Shown here: piece after piece, positions 13,936 to 28,179 of the stretch
Numbering within the stretch: position 1 is the stretch's first letter
How the letters are laid out: each line of letters opens with the position of its first letter
DNA from: Eledone cirrhosa
Taxonomy: Eukaryota
Length of the DNA stretch: 64,000 nt
Reading direction: 5' to 3'
Assembly (NCBI GenBank): GCA_964016885.1
Contig: OZ024751.1
Span: 22,506,001-22,570,000, forward strand
The notes under the pieces: model-generated
Told to the model about the DNA's origin: nothing
Seen by the model: the letters and a program-made list of their open reading frames with translations, nothing else
Database searches by the model: none
Made by a program: the position numbers and the translations under genes

Positions 13936-14974
13936 AACATATGCCCTACTATTGAAACAATTTTTCTACAGTAAAAAAAAAATCAATGAAGCTTCAAACT
14001 ATCTTTTAAATTTAAAATTCCGCTCGTTATATTCTGTGTTCAAATCCTACCGAGGTCAATATGAAATACCAGTAGGAGTCGATAAAATCAACTTTCTCCT
14101 TCGCTTCCCTTCAAATTGCTGTTAGAAACCATTAGAAGCCAAACAAACAAACAAACAAACAAACAAACAAACAAGCAGACATTTAAAGAACAAGGAAACA
14201 AAGTAAGAACACAACTGCAGTGAACAGTCTTAACAACAATGGCACCTATGGAATGGTATGGAATGGAATGGAATAGAAATATAATTGGAATAGAATAATG
14301 CAATATAGAATTGAAAAGAATAGAGGGAGGAAGAATGGTTATGATTAACAGGAATCTATTATCACAAGTATAGAGGCGATGAATTGATAGAGTTTTAGAA
14401 CTTCGGATAGAGTACTTTGCGGTATTTGTTCGAAGCTCTCTGCTCCCTGAGTTCAAATCTCGTTAAGGTCGATAAAAAAGTACCAGTCTAGTACTTGATT
14501 CGATTCTTGCTCTATATCTCTTTCTCACTTCTATTCTCTCACTCTCTATCCTTCTCCGAAAGAAATCTGCTGTATCCAGGTCTGGTGTGGAGGTTGGCTC
14601 CGCCAGGTTTAAAATGTGCCCTAAGAAATGTCATATGTCAACATGGCACCACCACCCCCTATTTTTAATACTAAAATCTCTCCAATATAAGGAACTACTG
14701 ACACTAAATTAGTAATTACTGTCGCCCTTCAAAATGATATTTGACCCAAACGTAGAACATAAACTACAAAACCATTTAATATCACTGATACATATAAAAC
14801 CATCCTAACATTTCAAGTATAAACATTTAAATATAAGCCATAATATAAACCCGGCCAATATGCATATAAAGACAACTTTACCGGTTCATAATCACCTGAC
14901 GACCAACTTTCCATAAAGACCTGATCGTAATCGAAAGGCGCGGAAGAACCTAAAACTAAGGCTAAGATCATACA

Positions 14975-15200
14975 CTGGGTATTTGCTGGCCTTGTGCCTT
15001 AAGTAGAAACAATTATCACTTGGCAGTATCGGCAGAGGGTCGGGCGCCAGGCTTTGCAGCAAAGAGTTACGGCCTTTTATAGTCTGAGTTCAAATCCTGC
15101 CGAGGTTAACTTTGCCTTTCATCCTTACGTGGTCGATAAAATAAAGTACCAGTAATACACTGGATTAATTGCTGGCCTTGTGCCAAAAGTAGAAATAATT
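14975..15200 (+). mobile_element. SINE preceded by the 3' fragment of another copy
   Basis: Tail fragment 14975-15015, then ttggcagtatcgg...agtagaaat. Confidence 0.8.
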
Positions 15201-15275
15201 ATCACAAGTGTGTCTGTGTGTATATGTGTGTGTGTATGTGTGTGTGGGTGTGTGTGCGTGTGTGTGTGTGTATGT

Positions 15276-15341
<66 letters not shown>

Positions 15342-15769
15342 CTAAAAGGTTAGAAAAATCAGCTGTTGATGGCACTTATCTAAAGAAATAATGCAAACTG
15401 AATAGAAGGAAAATCCTTGAATAGACGTGTGTCTTTGTTTGCTTGTTTGTTTGCTGGCTTATGTGCCTGTATGTGTATGTGTGTGTGTGTGTGTGTGTGT
15501 ATGTGTGTATGTGTGTGTGTGTGTGTGTGTGTATACAGAAACTATAAATCTACAAGATATTCTATTTTGTAAATAACTGAATAAAAGAAACAAGAGTTAT
15601 TATCATTGTTAAGAAATCAGTGAGGTGAAAGAGCGAATGAAAAAGAAAAATAAGAGCAATTTTATTAAATCTTTACCCCACCCCCTCCCTCTCCCCACCC
15701 ACCAGACCACCCACCAGACCTATGAAGGAACTGGCCCTAGATGACAGTTGTTATTTCTTCTATTGTTAT

Positions 15770-15862
<93 letters not shown>

Positions 15863-15884
15863 ATATATGTATATATATATATAT

Positions 15885-15933
<49 letters not shown>

Positions 15934-15941
15934 GTGGGTGG

Positions 15942-16020
<79 letters not shown>

Positions 16021-16052
16021 TATTTCTATTATTGCTCTATATGTATACCTAA

Positions 16053-16822
16053 GGGCAGTATCGGTATGGTGTCGGACAACATGTCCTTTACGTTTTGAGT
16101 TCAAGTCCCGTCGAGGTTAGCTCTGCCGTTCATCCATACAAGGTCTATAAAATAAAGTATCAGTAATGCACTGGGCTCGATTTAATCCACCCCTCTCCCC
16201 ATATTTGTTGGCCTTGTGCCTAAATCAGAACCATTATTGTTTTGGCAGTATCGGTAGAGGGTTGGATGCCATGCTTTGATGCATAGAGTTACGGCCCTTG
16301 CCATTCTGAGTTCAAATCCCGCCGAGGTTAACTTTGCCTTTCATCCTTACGGGGTCGATAAAATAAAGTACCAGTAATGCACTGGGTAATTGCTGGCCTT
16401 GTGCCTAAAGTAGAAACCATTATTATCATTGGCAGTATCAGTAGAGGGTAGGACGCCATGCTTTCCAGCATAGTTACGTCCCTTTACGGTCTGAGTTCAA
16501 ATCCCGCCGAGGTTAACTTGACCTTTCATCCTTACGGGGTCGATAAAATAAAGTACCAGTAATACACTGGGTTATTGCTGACATTGTGCCAAACGTAGAA
16601 ACAATTATTATCATTGTGTCGATGGATTGAGGACGGTGGATTGGCAGTATCGGTAGAGGGTCGGACACCATGCTTTGACGTAAAGAGTTACGGCCCTTGC
16701 CATTCTGAATTCAAATCCCGCCGAAGATAACTTTGTCTTTCATCGTTACGGGGTCGATAAAATAAAGTACCAGTAATGCACTGGGTATTTGCTGACATTG
16801 TGCCAAACGTAGAAACAATTAT
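16053..16822 (+). mobile_element. head-to-tail cluster of four SINE copies
   Basis: Units start at ~16053, 16243, 16429 and 16632, each with A/B boxes and the shared body. Confidence 0.88.
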
Positions 16823-17167
16823 CATTGTGACGACTTTTGTTCCTTTTTTATTAACATTTCATTTTTTTTTTTGTGTGTGAATTCTTAAAAAGATTTCGTC
16901 TTTAACCAATAACCTTTATTGTATTTCTTATATTGTATAAATTTTCTTTTCAATACCTATCCTGTTTGTATGTGTGTGTGTGTCTATGTGTATATGTGTG
17001 TGTCTATGTGTGTATGTGTGTGTCTATGTGTATATGTGTGTATGTATGTGTCTCTGTTGGTGTGAAAATATGAGATAGAAGTCTAGATTGGAATTTCTTT
17101 AACGTTTTTTGATTGCCTTTGTCTATGTCGAAATTGTTTCATCTGCTTTCTGACAATAACACACACA

Positions 17168-17232
<65 letters not shown>

Positions 17233-17306
17233 GCAGACATACATTTATATGTATGTATATATATATATGTATATACAGACACACGTATATATATGTTGGC
17301 TGTACA

Positions 17307-17515
<209 letters not shown>

Positions 17516-17539
17516 TGTATATATATATATATATATATA

Positions 17540-17595
<56 letters not shown>

Positions 17596-18111
17596 CCTGC
17601 CATTCATTGTTTTGCAAATGTCTGTTTTAATATAGACGAAAAAAAAAACCCTACTCCTTTTAGAAGTATTCCAAACACGTGTCTCAGTTGTAAGAAGGAA
17701 ATGTTTTTTTTAAAGTATGTTTCTAAACTTTTTTTTTTTACATAAAGAAACCACTTGATCTCACGCTCCAATGAATAACTAAGGGTTTTATCTTTAGTTT
17801 CATTACAACGATCCAATATATAAATGACCATTGTTTTTTACATTGAATTTTCAATGCTGGCATGGGTTGGACAAGGACCTTTTGAGGCAATGTTTTACTG
17901 CGTGTATACTTCCTAACACTAACCATTTTAATCGCTTCTTACAACATATAGGGATAGGAGGTTATTGTTATAAAATAAATATATACGATTGTATATAATA
18001 GTCTTTAAACTAATATATTTCTTTATTGTACTGTGTCGTTTGCTTTGTTATTTCTGTTTACTTTCTACATACACACACATTGATATATATATATATATAT
18101 ATATATATGTG

Positions 18112-18189
18112 TTGGGTTGTAACATAAATTCCCGCCGTTGTTATCATTTTTTGTTTTCATAAACGGCGGGAATTTATGTTACACCCTAA
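18112..18189. mobile_element. ~80 bp mariner-type MITE (MADE-like architecture)
   Basis: TIRs ttgggttgtaacataaattcccgccgtt / aacggcgggaatttatgttacaccctaa with a ~22 bp interior, next to (TA)n. Confidence 0.7.
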
Positions 18190-18290
18190 TATATATATAT
18201 ATATATAAAATTAATAAGGTAATGAATTCTTTTACAATGGAATCAGCTCGAATGAGGAAAAAATATCCCCTGAGCAGTGTATAAATTAAT

Positions 18291-18374
18291 ATGTAAGTGA
18301 TGAAACACAGATACCAACACATTCCTTTGCAATATATATACAGATGTGTTGGTATCTGTGTTTCATCACTTACA
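18291..18374. repeat. perfect ~31 bp inverted repeat
   Basis: tgtaagtgatgaaacacagataccaacacat / atgtgttggtatctgtgtttcatcacttaca. Confidence 0.85.
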
Positions 18375-18375
18375 C

Positions 18376-18408
<33 letters not shown>

Positions 18409-18564
18409 TATACATATATACACACACATATATACATATATATATACACACATATATATACATATATATATATATACACATATATATATACATATATATA
18501 TATATATACATATATATATACACACACACACTCACATATATACATATATATACACATAGAGAGG

Positions 18565-18677
<113 letters not shown>

Positions 18678-19344
18678 CCGAGTGGGACGGGGACATTTTG
18701 AGACAGTGTTTTACAGCCAGTTACGCTTCCTGGCTAGTTTCATTACAAAGATACAATTTATCTTACTTTCTTCCTATCTTAACAAACTTAAGTTTATTGT
18801 TTCCCGTCATTCCATCGTCTACATTCATCTGATAATAAATATTTATAGTGTTTGTATTTACCTTTACAATTACTATTTTTAGGACATCTGTCTGTCTTTT
18901 CTCTTGTTGTTAGTTGTTAGTGACATTGGATGTTGTTGAAGGAAGAAGGAGATAGTAATGGGGGAGTATGAAGAGGAAGACACGGGACGTGGAATAGTAG
19001 GGGGTGGAGAACGAAGAGGAGGAGTAGGGGGGTGGAGAGGGAGAATGGAGGTGGATGAGGTGGAGCAGAAGGACGACGAAGAACGAAGATTACTGAAGAA
19101 AAATGGAAAAGAAAAAAAGATAACGAACAAAAAAAATTTGAAATCCTCTCTCCAAACGATGTACTCAATACACTAACAACATTGTATCCCTTCTCCTCTC
19201 TCACTCTTTTTCTCCTAATGGTGTACTCAATACCCAAACACTGCCCTCATCCTCCTTCTCTCTCTAGATGGTGTTCTCAATCCACAAATAATGTTTTTGT
19301 GGGGTGGGCTGAAGCGGAATGTCTGTTATATCAATTCAGTACTT

Positions 19345-19870
19345 TTGTGGTACTTTATTTTGTCGAAACTTGATGGATGAAAAGCAAAATTGGTTTCAGC
19401 AGGAATTGAACTCTTGACGGAAAGGGCTGTAACTAAGTAATGCAAAACATTTTGTCCGACGCTCTAACGATTCCATCACTCAACTGCCCTGATACTGTGT
19501 CTCATTAACATGTTCTAAATTAGACACAAAGCTGATAATTTGCAGGGAGGCGAAAGTCAATTATATCGACCCGAATATGTGATTGAAACATTATTGGCAG
19601 TATCGGTAGAGGGTCGGACGCCATGCTTTGACGCATAGAGTTTACGGCCCTTGCCATTCTGAGTTCGAATTCCGCCGAGGTTAACTTTGCCTTTCATCCT
19701 TACGGGGGTCGATAAAATAAAGTACCAGTAATGCACTGGATATTTGCTGGCCGTGTGCCAAAAAGTAGAAGCAATTATTTTATCGATCTCGGAAGGATGG
19801 AAGGCAAAAGTTTTAAACTCAGAACTCGGGAGAATTTGAACTCAGAACGTAAGGGGCTCAGGACAAATCT
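19345..19870. mobile_element. nested SINE cluster (young plus-strand copy 19594-19775 inside older minus-strand copies)
   Basis: Family motifs in both orientations. Confidence 0.75.
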
Positions 19871-20602
19871 CATAAAACAACATTAATTTATATCTGGGTA
19901 AAAAAGAAACCATTTTTGATCAGTTTGAGAGCTTGGTAGGAAATGTAAAGATTTAGCACCAGTTTACCTGGCTTCTTGAACAATAGGGAATATTGTCGTT
20001 GACTACAGAATAATAAGTTGCTAAACAACACAATACACACTCCGAGACTCCAACACAGTCCACTCTCCGTCACACCATACAAGTTCTTTTTATTAAGACT
20101 TCACAGAGAATTAACAGGAAATGAAAGAATTGACAATATCTATTTCCCTTTTTTTTGGAGTGTGGGGTCTATGTCGGGGTGGGATGGAATTATTGCTATT
20201 TGTTGTTGTTTTTTGTTGTGTTGAGTTGTGGTTTTTACGTTTGTTTGTTTAATTTGTCTGTTTATCACATAATATATTTCCTTTAATCTATTCTTTGTGC
20301 TACAATGTATTTAGAGAGGATTATATATTCATATATGTATACATTCTATATGCACACCCCCTCTACACACATACACACACTGCGCACGCGCGCACATATA
20401 TATATATATATATATATATTTACATTCTATATGCAGACACACACTATATATATAAATATATATATATATACATACGCTACATGTAATTCTATAAACATCC
20501 ACAATGTATATAGATTCTATATACATATATTATATATATATATACTATATACTATATATATATATATATACTATATACTATATATATATATATATATCCA
20601 AT

Positions 20603-20875
20603 GGAGGCGCGTGATTTGGTAGTTAGGGTGTTCGACTCATGATCATAACGTCTTGTGTTCGATTCCCGGGTCGGGTGGCCCATTGCATCCTTGAGCAAAA
20701 CGTTTCTACTCACCTTCTCATACATTGTGTCATGCTGAATCTCCTTGAGAACTAACTTAAGCGTGTACGTGTCTGTGGAATGCTCAGCCACTTACACATT
20801 AATTTAAGCGAGCAGAACGTTTCGTTGATTGAATCAACTGGTGCATTCGCTGTCGGAAACGAATTGCGGTTGAAA
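20603..20875 (+). mobile_element. second tRNA-derived SINE family (CORE-like tccttgagcaa motif)
   Basis: A-box-like head, B box gttcgattccc, then catccttgagcaaaac. Related copies at 27930-28130 (+), 33390-33675 (-) and 40800-41050 (+). Confidence 0.65.
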
Positions 20876-20910
20876 AACAAATGTCTATATATATGTGCAT
20901 ACTCACTCAC

Positions 20911-21032
<122 letters not shown>

Positions 21033-21122
21033 GTGTGTGTGTGTGTGTGTGTGTTTGTGTATGTATACATACAAACATATACATAAACATATATATGTAC
21101 ATATACATATATATATATATAC

Positions 21123-21195
<73 letters not shown>

Positions 21196-21375
21196 TAGCT
21201 AATCAATATCATATGACACTAAGCAGCAGTAACAGTGAGCAGGTGGTATTCTATATTGGAACTCGGTAAACAATTCCCAATATATTTCTAAAAGAATTCT
21301 AAAATATAAATTTCGCTAAACTATGATATTCTTAACTAGGCAGAGACTTGTGTTTTTAAACATATCACCCCTACC

Positions 21376-21434
<59 letters not shown>

Positions 21435-21533
21435 CACACACATCCAAACATACAGATACATACACATATGTATGCTTATATACATCCATACATACATGCA
21501 TGTATGTATGTATATATATATATATATATCTTG

Positions 21534-21587
<54 letters not shown>

Positions 21588-21663
21588 TCGTTCAGCGCAT
21601 CGATAGAGGTTCTTCTACATGGATATAAAGTAGTGGCCGTACTCGAAAACGAGTTGGCAGCAA

Positions 21664-21715
<52 letters not shown>

Positions 21716-22091
21716 TAAAATAACAGATTAAAGTTTAAGCAAAGAATCGCTGCTTTATAGCCAGACACATTTGTGTGTGTTTGTATATATGTGTGTGTGT
21801 CTGTAAGTGTATGTGTATGTATATGTATATGTGTATGTATGTATGCATGTATGTTTGTCGATGTGTGTCTCTTCATCACTTTCTGCTGCTTAAACCATTT
21901 TGTTTGTTTACCCTAGCGTCCCCTTTATTTACGTGTCCCAACGACTTTTTTTAGCCGTTGCTCGCACCAACCTGAGGTATATGGCCTTTAATGCGACGAA
22001 ATGCCTACGACGGTTGGAAGGCCACTGATGAGGACAAACTTTTTCATATGTAACCCATTTGCAGCGCCGCAGCTCCATTATTATCATATTT

Positions 22092-22186
<95 letters not shown>

Positions 22187-22748
22187 TATAGTGCAGACGA
22201 AAGAAGCTCAATGTAAATTACTGTCCTCAGTTTCTCAGGATTATAAACTAGACACTTAAGTTATAGACAGTTAAAATATCCTGTTGTTTAGGGCGGTTCA
22301 GGTAGCAGAGCATTTAAAATTTAACTACACGGGTAAAAATATAAGAAAACGAAGTTGAAACTGTAATTGGAGTCTAAGAATGTCTATTTACAATAATATA
22401 TATAACTTTACCAGTTTCACAAGTTTTGTGATTTTCAAAAGTTAAGAGAGATGGAGATATGTGTGGCTAGGCCGCCATGTAGCTCACGTCTACCTGATAT
22501 TGAGAATTTCTTTCAGTTTTATGAAAAATAAGTTGCTAGATTTGCTATATGTTTGAAGTATTACTTGATAGCTTGGGGAAGATTACGTTAGTAGGCATCG
22601 AATGTTTGGTATTTTGCGCCAAAAATCGGGCGTGTTATGGTTCTTGCAGGTATTTGTAGAAAGGTGACTCAAACAAAAGTAACAGCACAATCGGTACAGT
22701 ATATGGAAGGTATATATTAGGTTAACGCTTGAAATAGGAGGAAGAGGG

Positions 22749-22784
22749 TCTTAACGTTTCGGACGCTAGTCCTTCATCAGAAGA
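22749..22784 (-). ncRNA. minimal PLE-type hammerhead ribozyme (family E)
   Basis: The reverse strand reads tctt-CTGATGA-a-ggac tagc gtcc-GAAA-CG-TT-aaga. This is the classic minimal form with a palindromic ACGT stem III. It lies in a ~150 bp repeat (22680-22830). Confidence 0.75.
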
Positions 22785-23371
22785 AAGAATGAGAAATAAA
22801 ATAGATTGAGGGGACGGGCGGGATGGAATTGGAAAAAATGTCTTTAGATAGATAATAGATAGATCGATTCAATAAGTAAGCATTGGCATGCACGTGTGTG
22901 TATGTATGTATATATATTTATGTGTGTGTGTGTGTATATATATACACATATACGTAAATATTTGGTAATGTACAGAAATATGGTGTCATTATGACCTACT
23001 TATTAATGGTATTCGACAAAGAGATATTTCACATGTCCTATATATAATTAGACGAAATATTACAATTATACGCCATTTAATGTAGAAACTTTCCATTATA
23101 AACTTGACAATTCACACTCCACCACACAACATAAATATATACTGTACACTACACATACAAGCAGTTACACGCGTGAACGTTCACACACAGAGGCATGCAC
23201 ACGCAAACACGTGTAATGGTGCCTGCACGTGAACAAGTTGAGTGACATATCATGATACATAACATATGCAAATGAATAATATATATAAATACACACACAT
23301 TATATATATGCATATATTATGTATAAAAATATATTACATATATAAAGACATGCATACATACATGCACAGAT

Positions 23372-23414
<43 letters not shown>

Positions 23415-23419
23415 AATAT

Positions 23420-23461
<42 letters not shown>

Positions 23462-23573
23462 CAAAACGTAAACGAAAAAAACAACAAAGCAAACAACACA
23501 GAACAAGGGAAAAATATATTAGTTTAACGCTTGATACTAGGAAAAGTTTTTAGGTTTCCATCTATATATATAT

Positions 23574-23680
23574 ACAGAGGGTGTCCTCCAAAATGTATAC
23601 ACACTTTGATTACCTGTAGAGGGAATATTTATTAGAATACTGTTGAAGTATGTATACATTTTTGGGGGACACACTGGTGT
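23574..23680. mobile_element. ~100 bp Tc1/mariner MITE (same family as 27792)
   Basis: gggtgtcctccaaaatgtatacacact...tatgtatacatttttgggggacac; the interior is the reverse complement of the 27792 copy. Confidence 0.7.
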
Positions 23681-23964
23681 ATATTTGAATAATTAATACA
23701 TATGCAGATAATGGTTTTATAAAGAATATTCGAGAGTCATCATGTGGAATATGGTATAGCTTTGCTTTAATAGCTACTCACAATAAAACATTGGGGAATT
23801 CTATTGCATGGCAGGAATTTTGCCATCAGCATCAACAAGACACATTTGTGTGTGTTTGTATATATATATATATGTGTGTGTGTGTTTGTGAGTGTGTGTG
23901 TATACATATGTGTATGTGTATGTACATGTTTATGTGTATGTATGTATGCATCTATGTTTGTCGA

Positions 23965-24006
<42 letters not shown>

Positions 24007-24269
24007 TGTGTGGTTGTAGATGCGCATGTGTGTGTATAGATACCTAGATATATATAGATAGATATACACATGCATATATATATATATGTGTGTGTGTATG
24101 TGTGTGTGTATGTGTGTGTATGTGTGTATGTGTGTGTGTGTGTGTGTGTAAATGTATAAGTGGATCTGATAGGAGTGAAGTTGAAGAAAGAAAGAGTTTT
24201 AAAATAAAAGCGAAAAATATTGAGAAAATATTAAAATCGATATGAGAATGTACAATTCCTTAGTGTATT

Positions 24270-25115
24270 TGATGATGATGGTGATGATGGTGATGATGGA
24301 GGTGATGGTGATGATGATAGTGATGATGGTGATGATGGTGATGATGATGGTGATGGTGATGATAGTGATGATGATGGTGATGGTGATGATGATGGTGATG
24401 ATGGTGATGATGGTGATGATGATGGTGATGGTGATGATAGTGATGGTGATGATGATGATGGTGATGGTGATGATGATGGTGATGATGGAGGTGATGGTGA
24501 TGGTGATAGTGATGATGGTGATGATGGTGATGATGATGGTGATGGTGATGATAGTGATGATGATGGTGATGGTGATGATGGTGATGATGATAGTGATGGT
24601 GATGATGATGGTGATGATGGTGATGATGGTGATGATGATGGTGATGGTGATGATGATGGTGATGATGGTGATGATGGTGATGATGGTGATGATGATGGTA
24701 ACGGTGATGATGGTGATGGTGGTGATGGTGGTGTTGATGGTGATGATGGTGTTGATGATGATGGTGATGGTGATGATGATGGTGATGGTGATGGTGATGA
24801 TGATGGTAATGGTGATGATGGTGATGATGGTTGTGGTGTTGTTATAGTGGTGGTGATGGTGGTGCTACTAATGGTGCTGTTAGTGGTGATGATGGTGATG
24901 GTGATGATTGTTGTGGTGTTGTTATGGTGGTGGTGATGGTGCTGGTAGTGGTAATGATGGTGATGGTGATGACGGTTGTGGTGTGTTATGGTGGTGGTGA
25001 TGGTGGTGGTAGTGGTAATGTGATGATGATGATGAAAGCTATGCTGGGGATGATGATCATCATAATGGTAATGATAATGATGATAATTCTCATGATGATG
25101 ATGATGATGATGAAT
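24270..25115. repeat. (GAT/GGT)n trinucleotide tract
   Basis: Direct inspection. Confidence 0.95.
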
Positions 25116-25179
25116 GTGCTGATAGGGTGCTGATGGTGCGGATAATAATGATGATTATGATTGATGGGGATGAAAAATA

Positions 25180-25797
25180 ATTGTTTCTACTTTTGGCACA
25201 AGGCCAGCAATTACCCCAGTGTATTACTGGTACTTTATTTTATCGACCCCGTAAGGAAGAAAGGCAAAATTAATCTCGGCGGGATTTGAACTCAGACCAT
25301 AAAGGGACGTAACTCTTTACTGCAAAGAATGGCGTCCGACCCGCTACCGATACTGCCAATGAAAAATAATTGTTTCTACTTTTGGCACAAGGCCAGCAAT
25401 TATCTCAGTGTATTACTGGTACTTTATTTTATCGACCCCGTAAGGATGAAAGGCAAAGTTAACCTCGGCGGGATTTGAATTCAGACCGTAAAGGGACGTA
25501 ACTATGCTGGAAAGCATGGCGTCCGACTCTCTACCGATACTGCCAATCCACCGAAAAATAATGGAAGTATAATGGTTCTTGTTGATGGTTTTAGAGTAAG
25601 GTATATTCTATTATTATTATTGATTGGCAGTATTGGTAGAGGATCGGATGCAAAGAGTTACAGCAAAGAGTTTATGGTCTGAGTTTAAATCCCGCCGAGG
25701 TTGACTTTGCCTTTCATCCTTACGGGAGTCGATAAAATAAAGTACCAGTAATGTACTGGTGAATTTGCTGGCCTTGTGCCAAAAGTAGAAACAATTA
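25180..25797. mobile_element. SINE cluster (two tandem minus-strand copies, one plus-strand copy)
   Basis: 25180-25360 (-), 25368-25553 (-) and 25624-25797 (+). Confidence 0.85.
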
Positions 25798-26607
25798 TTA
25801 TTAATAATAGTAGTCGGAAGATGAGGTGGTGGAAGAGGAGGGTGGGGGGAGGTGGGAGAGGATCCCCTGTTAAATCCAGGGGGAGGTTCTCTACAAACGT
25901 AATTTCCTGGATTAGGAAATTTTCCAAAGCAACACTTTCAAAATGTGATTGTTTATTATTAAGTCAAATAAGTCTGGAGATTATTCCACTATTGATGATG
26001 GTGGTGGTGGTGGTGGCGTGTGTGGGGGGGGGGGGGGGGTGTATTTATTCATGATGATGATGATGATGATGATGATATGATGATGATGATGGTGTTGGTG
26101 GAGGCGCTAACTTTGTTCAGGATGATGGAAGAGGTAGTGATGGTTGTGTTGGTGTTGTTGATATTGTTGTTATTGCTGTTAAACATCAGACATCCCCCAG
26201 TCAAGCGAATCAACCAAACCAATGATCAAAGGTATTCCAGCTGTGAAAGAACACTAGACGCCATTTTGTCCCTATATATATGGACGATATATTCAGGATT
26301 ACATTGTGTTTCAGTGCGTCCCGTAGGGTGTGAGAGGAAGCGAAACTTTCACTGCTATTTCTAGCAGTTCAAGTAACCCTGCATAGACATCCTCGTTGGT
26401 TTATTTATGCGTGATGTGTGGTGTGTGATGTGTGAGGGGTGGTGGTGGTGAGGGCATGTATCATATGTGGTGTGAAGTTTATATATATATATGTGTGTGT
26501 ATCGATATAGTATTCTGCGTATATACATTACATTATATATGGCTTATTGTGTATAGGGATTATTTGGTGTATTTAGAATAAATATTACATTTCATATGTT
26601 GCGTATA

Positions 26608-26638
<31 letters not shown>

Positions 26639-27242
26639 CTTATATAGTGAAAACTGGAACGAGAATAAACAAAGTTTTATTAGTTTCACGCTCTTGAGAG
26701 TGGGGCGTATACGTATACATTATATATATATATGTAGTGTGTGGTGTGGGGTCAGTATATATATATATATTACGTCTACCATATGTAACATTTCCAGTGC
26801 AGGGAGAGAAGTGTTGTTTACAACAGCACGAGTGCAGTTTGAAATCATAAATAATCAACAACAACAACAACAACAATTACAACAACAACAACAACAACAA
26901 ATTAACAAAAACGAAAAAAAAAAATAATAAGACACCAGCCCCCATCTTAGATAATACAGAATTTTTTATGGCTGTTTAGGAAGCAATTAATGACAAATGC
27001 TTTAGATTAATAGTTATAGCATAGAGTGAGTTTGATGAAGAATGTCAGGAATTCCATATTGATACCCTCTGTAAATACCCAGAGGATAAATCAACGGGAT
27101 AAAGAGAGATTCTACACTGTCAATCAATTTGCTGGAGATAGCTGCCAAAATTTCACTAAATTCACACCCTACCAACTTCATAAGAGGTTGTGAATTAGCA
27201 GAGCTGTGTGCGTGCCAGAGAGAAGGATATATATATATATAT

Positions 27243-27470
27243 ATAGGAACAAGTATGACCCCGACGGCAGAGCTCAAGCCGTTTCGACGGCTATTTCTGG
27301 ACTAAAATTCTGGACTAAAACTTTTTTTTTAGTCCAGAAATAGTCGTCGAAACGGCTTGAGCTCTGCCGTCGGGGTTATACTTGTTCCTATTACCCACTT
27401 TACTACCCTAAGTATTGAGTACTCTGGTGCGTTATGGTCCATCTGGTTCCTTACTACAATTCCTACGTTA
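27243..27470 (+). mobile_element. palindromic element, family F
   Basis: Inverted repeat 27243-27391 containing GAAA-cggc-ttgagctct-gccg-TC-gggg (27349-27375), followed by the family tail to ~27470. Flanked by (TA)n on both sides. Confidence 0.75.
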
Positions 27471-27515
27471 TATATATATATTGGAAAATGTGTGAGATCC
27501 TTGGTACAGTTAGGT

Positions 27516-27686
27516 ATATTTGAATATAAAAGAATGACTTCACTTGTAGTGTTAAACATTTTTTGATTTAATTTTATAATATTATAATATTATGGAGTTG
27601 GTAGAAGATTATAATATTATAAAATTAAATCAAAAATTTTTTTCACACTACAAGTGAAGTCATTCTTTTCCTTTTATTCAAATATA
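27516..27686. repeat. inverted repeat (~75 bp arms)
   Basis: aaaagaatgacttcacttgtagtg...tattataat and its reverse complement around a ~19 bp spacer. Confidence 0.8.
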
Positions 27687-27791
27687 AATATATATAAATA
27701 TATATATATATAAATATATATAAATATATATATATATATATAAATATATATAAATATATATATATATATCCTTGAGAGATGTAAATATATA

Positions 27792-27890
27792 TACAAGTTG
27801 TCCCCCCAAAATGTATACACACTTCAACAGCATTCTAATAAATATTGCCTGTATAGGTAATCAAATGTGTATATATTTAATGGGACACCC

Positions 27891-27894
<4 letters not shown>
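27792..27894. mobile_element. ~100 bp Tc1/mariner MITE
   Basis: Imperfect TIRs of the type cagggtgtccc...aatgtatacaca with TA ends. Same family as 5279-5360 and 23574-23680. Confidence 0.7.
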
Positions 27895-27926
<32 letters not shown>

Positions 27927-28143
27927 CTAGTGAAGGCATGTGGCTGAGTGGTAGGAGAATTGGATTCGCAATCGTGAGGTTGTGAGTTCGATTCCTGGAC
28001 CAGGTGACGCGTTATGTCTACCTGGAGTTGCGACCGATAGAGTTGCGACCGATAGATAGAATGAGCAATTGGAAAGACCAATGTAAACATTGTTTCCTCG
28101 GTCCGATTTGACGAAAGTCGATCGGCTGTGGTCTCTCTCTCTC

Positions 28144-28176
<33 letters not shown>

Positions 28177-28179
<3 letters not shown>

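Noticed and set aside
24242-25133. Met/Val-rich ORFs
   Set aside because: They derive from a (GAT/GGT)n microsatellite.
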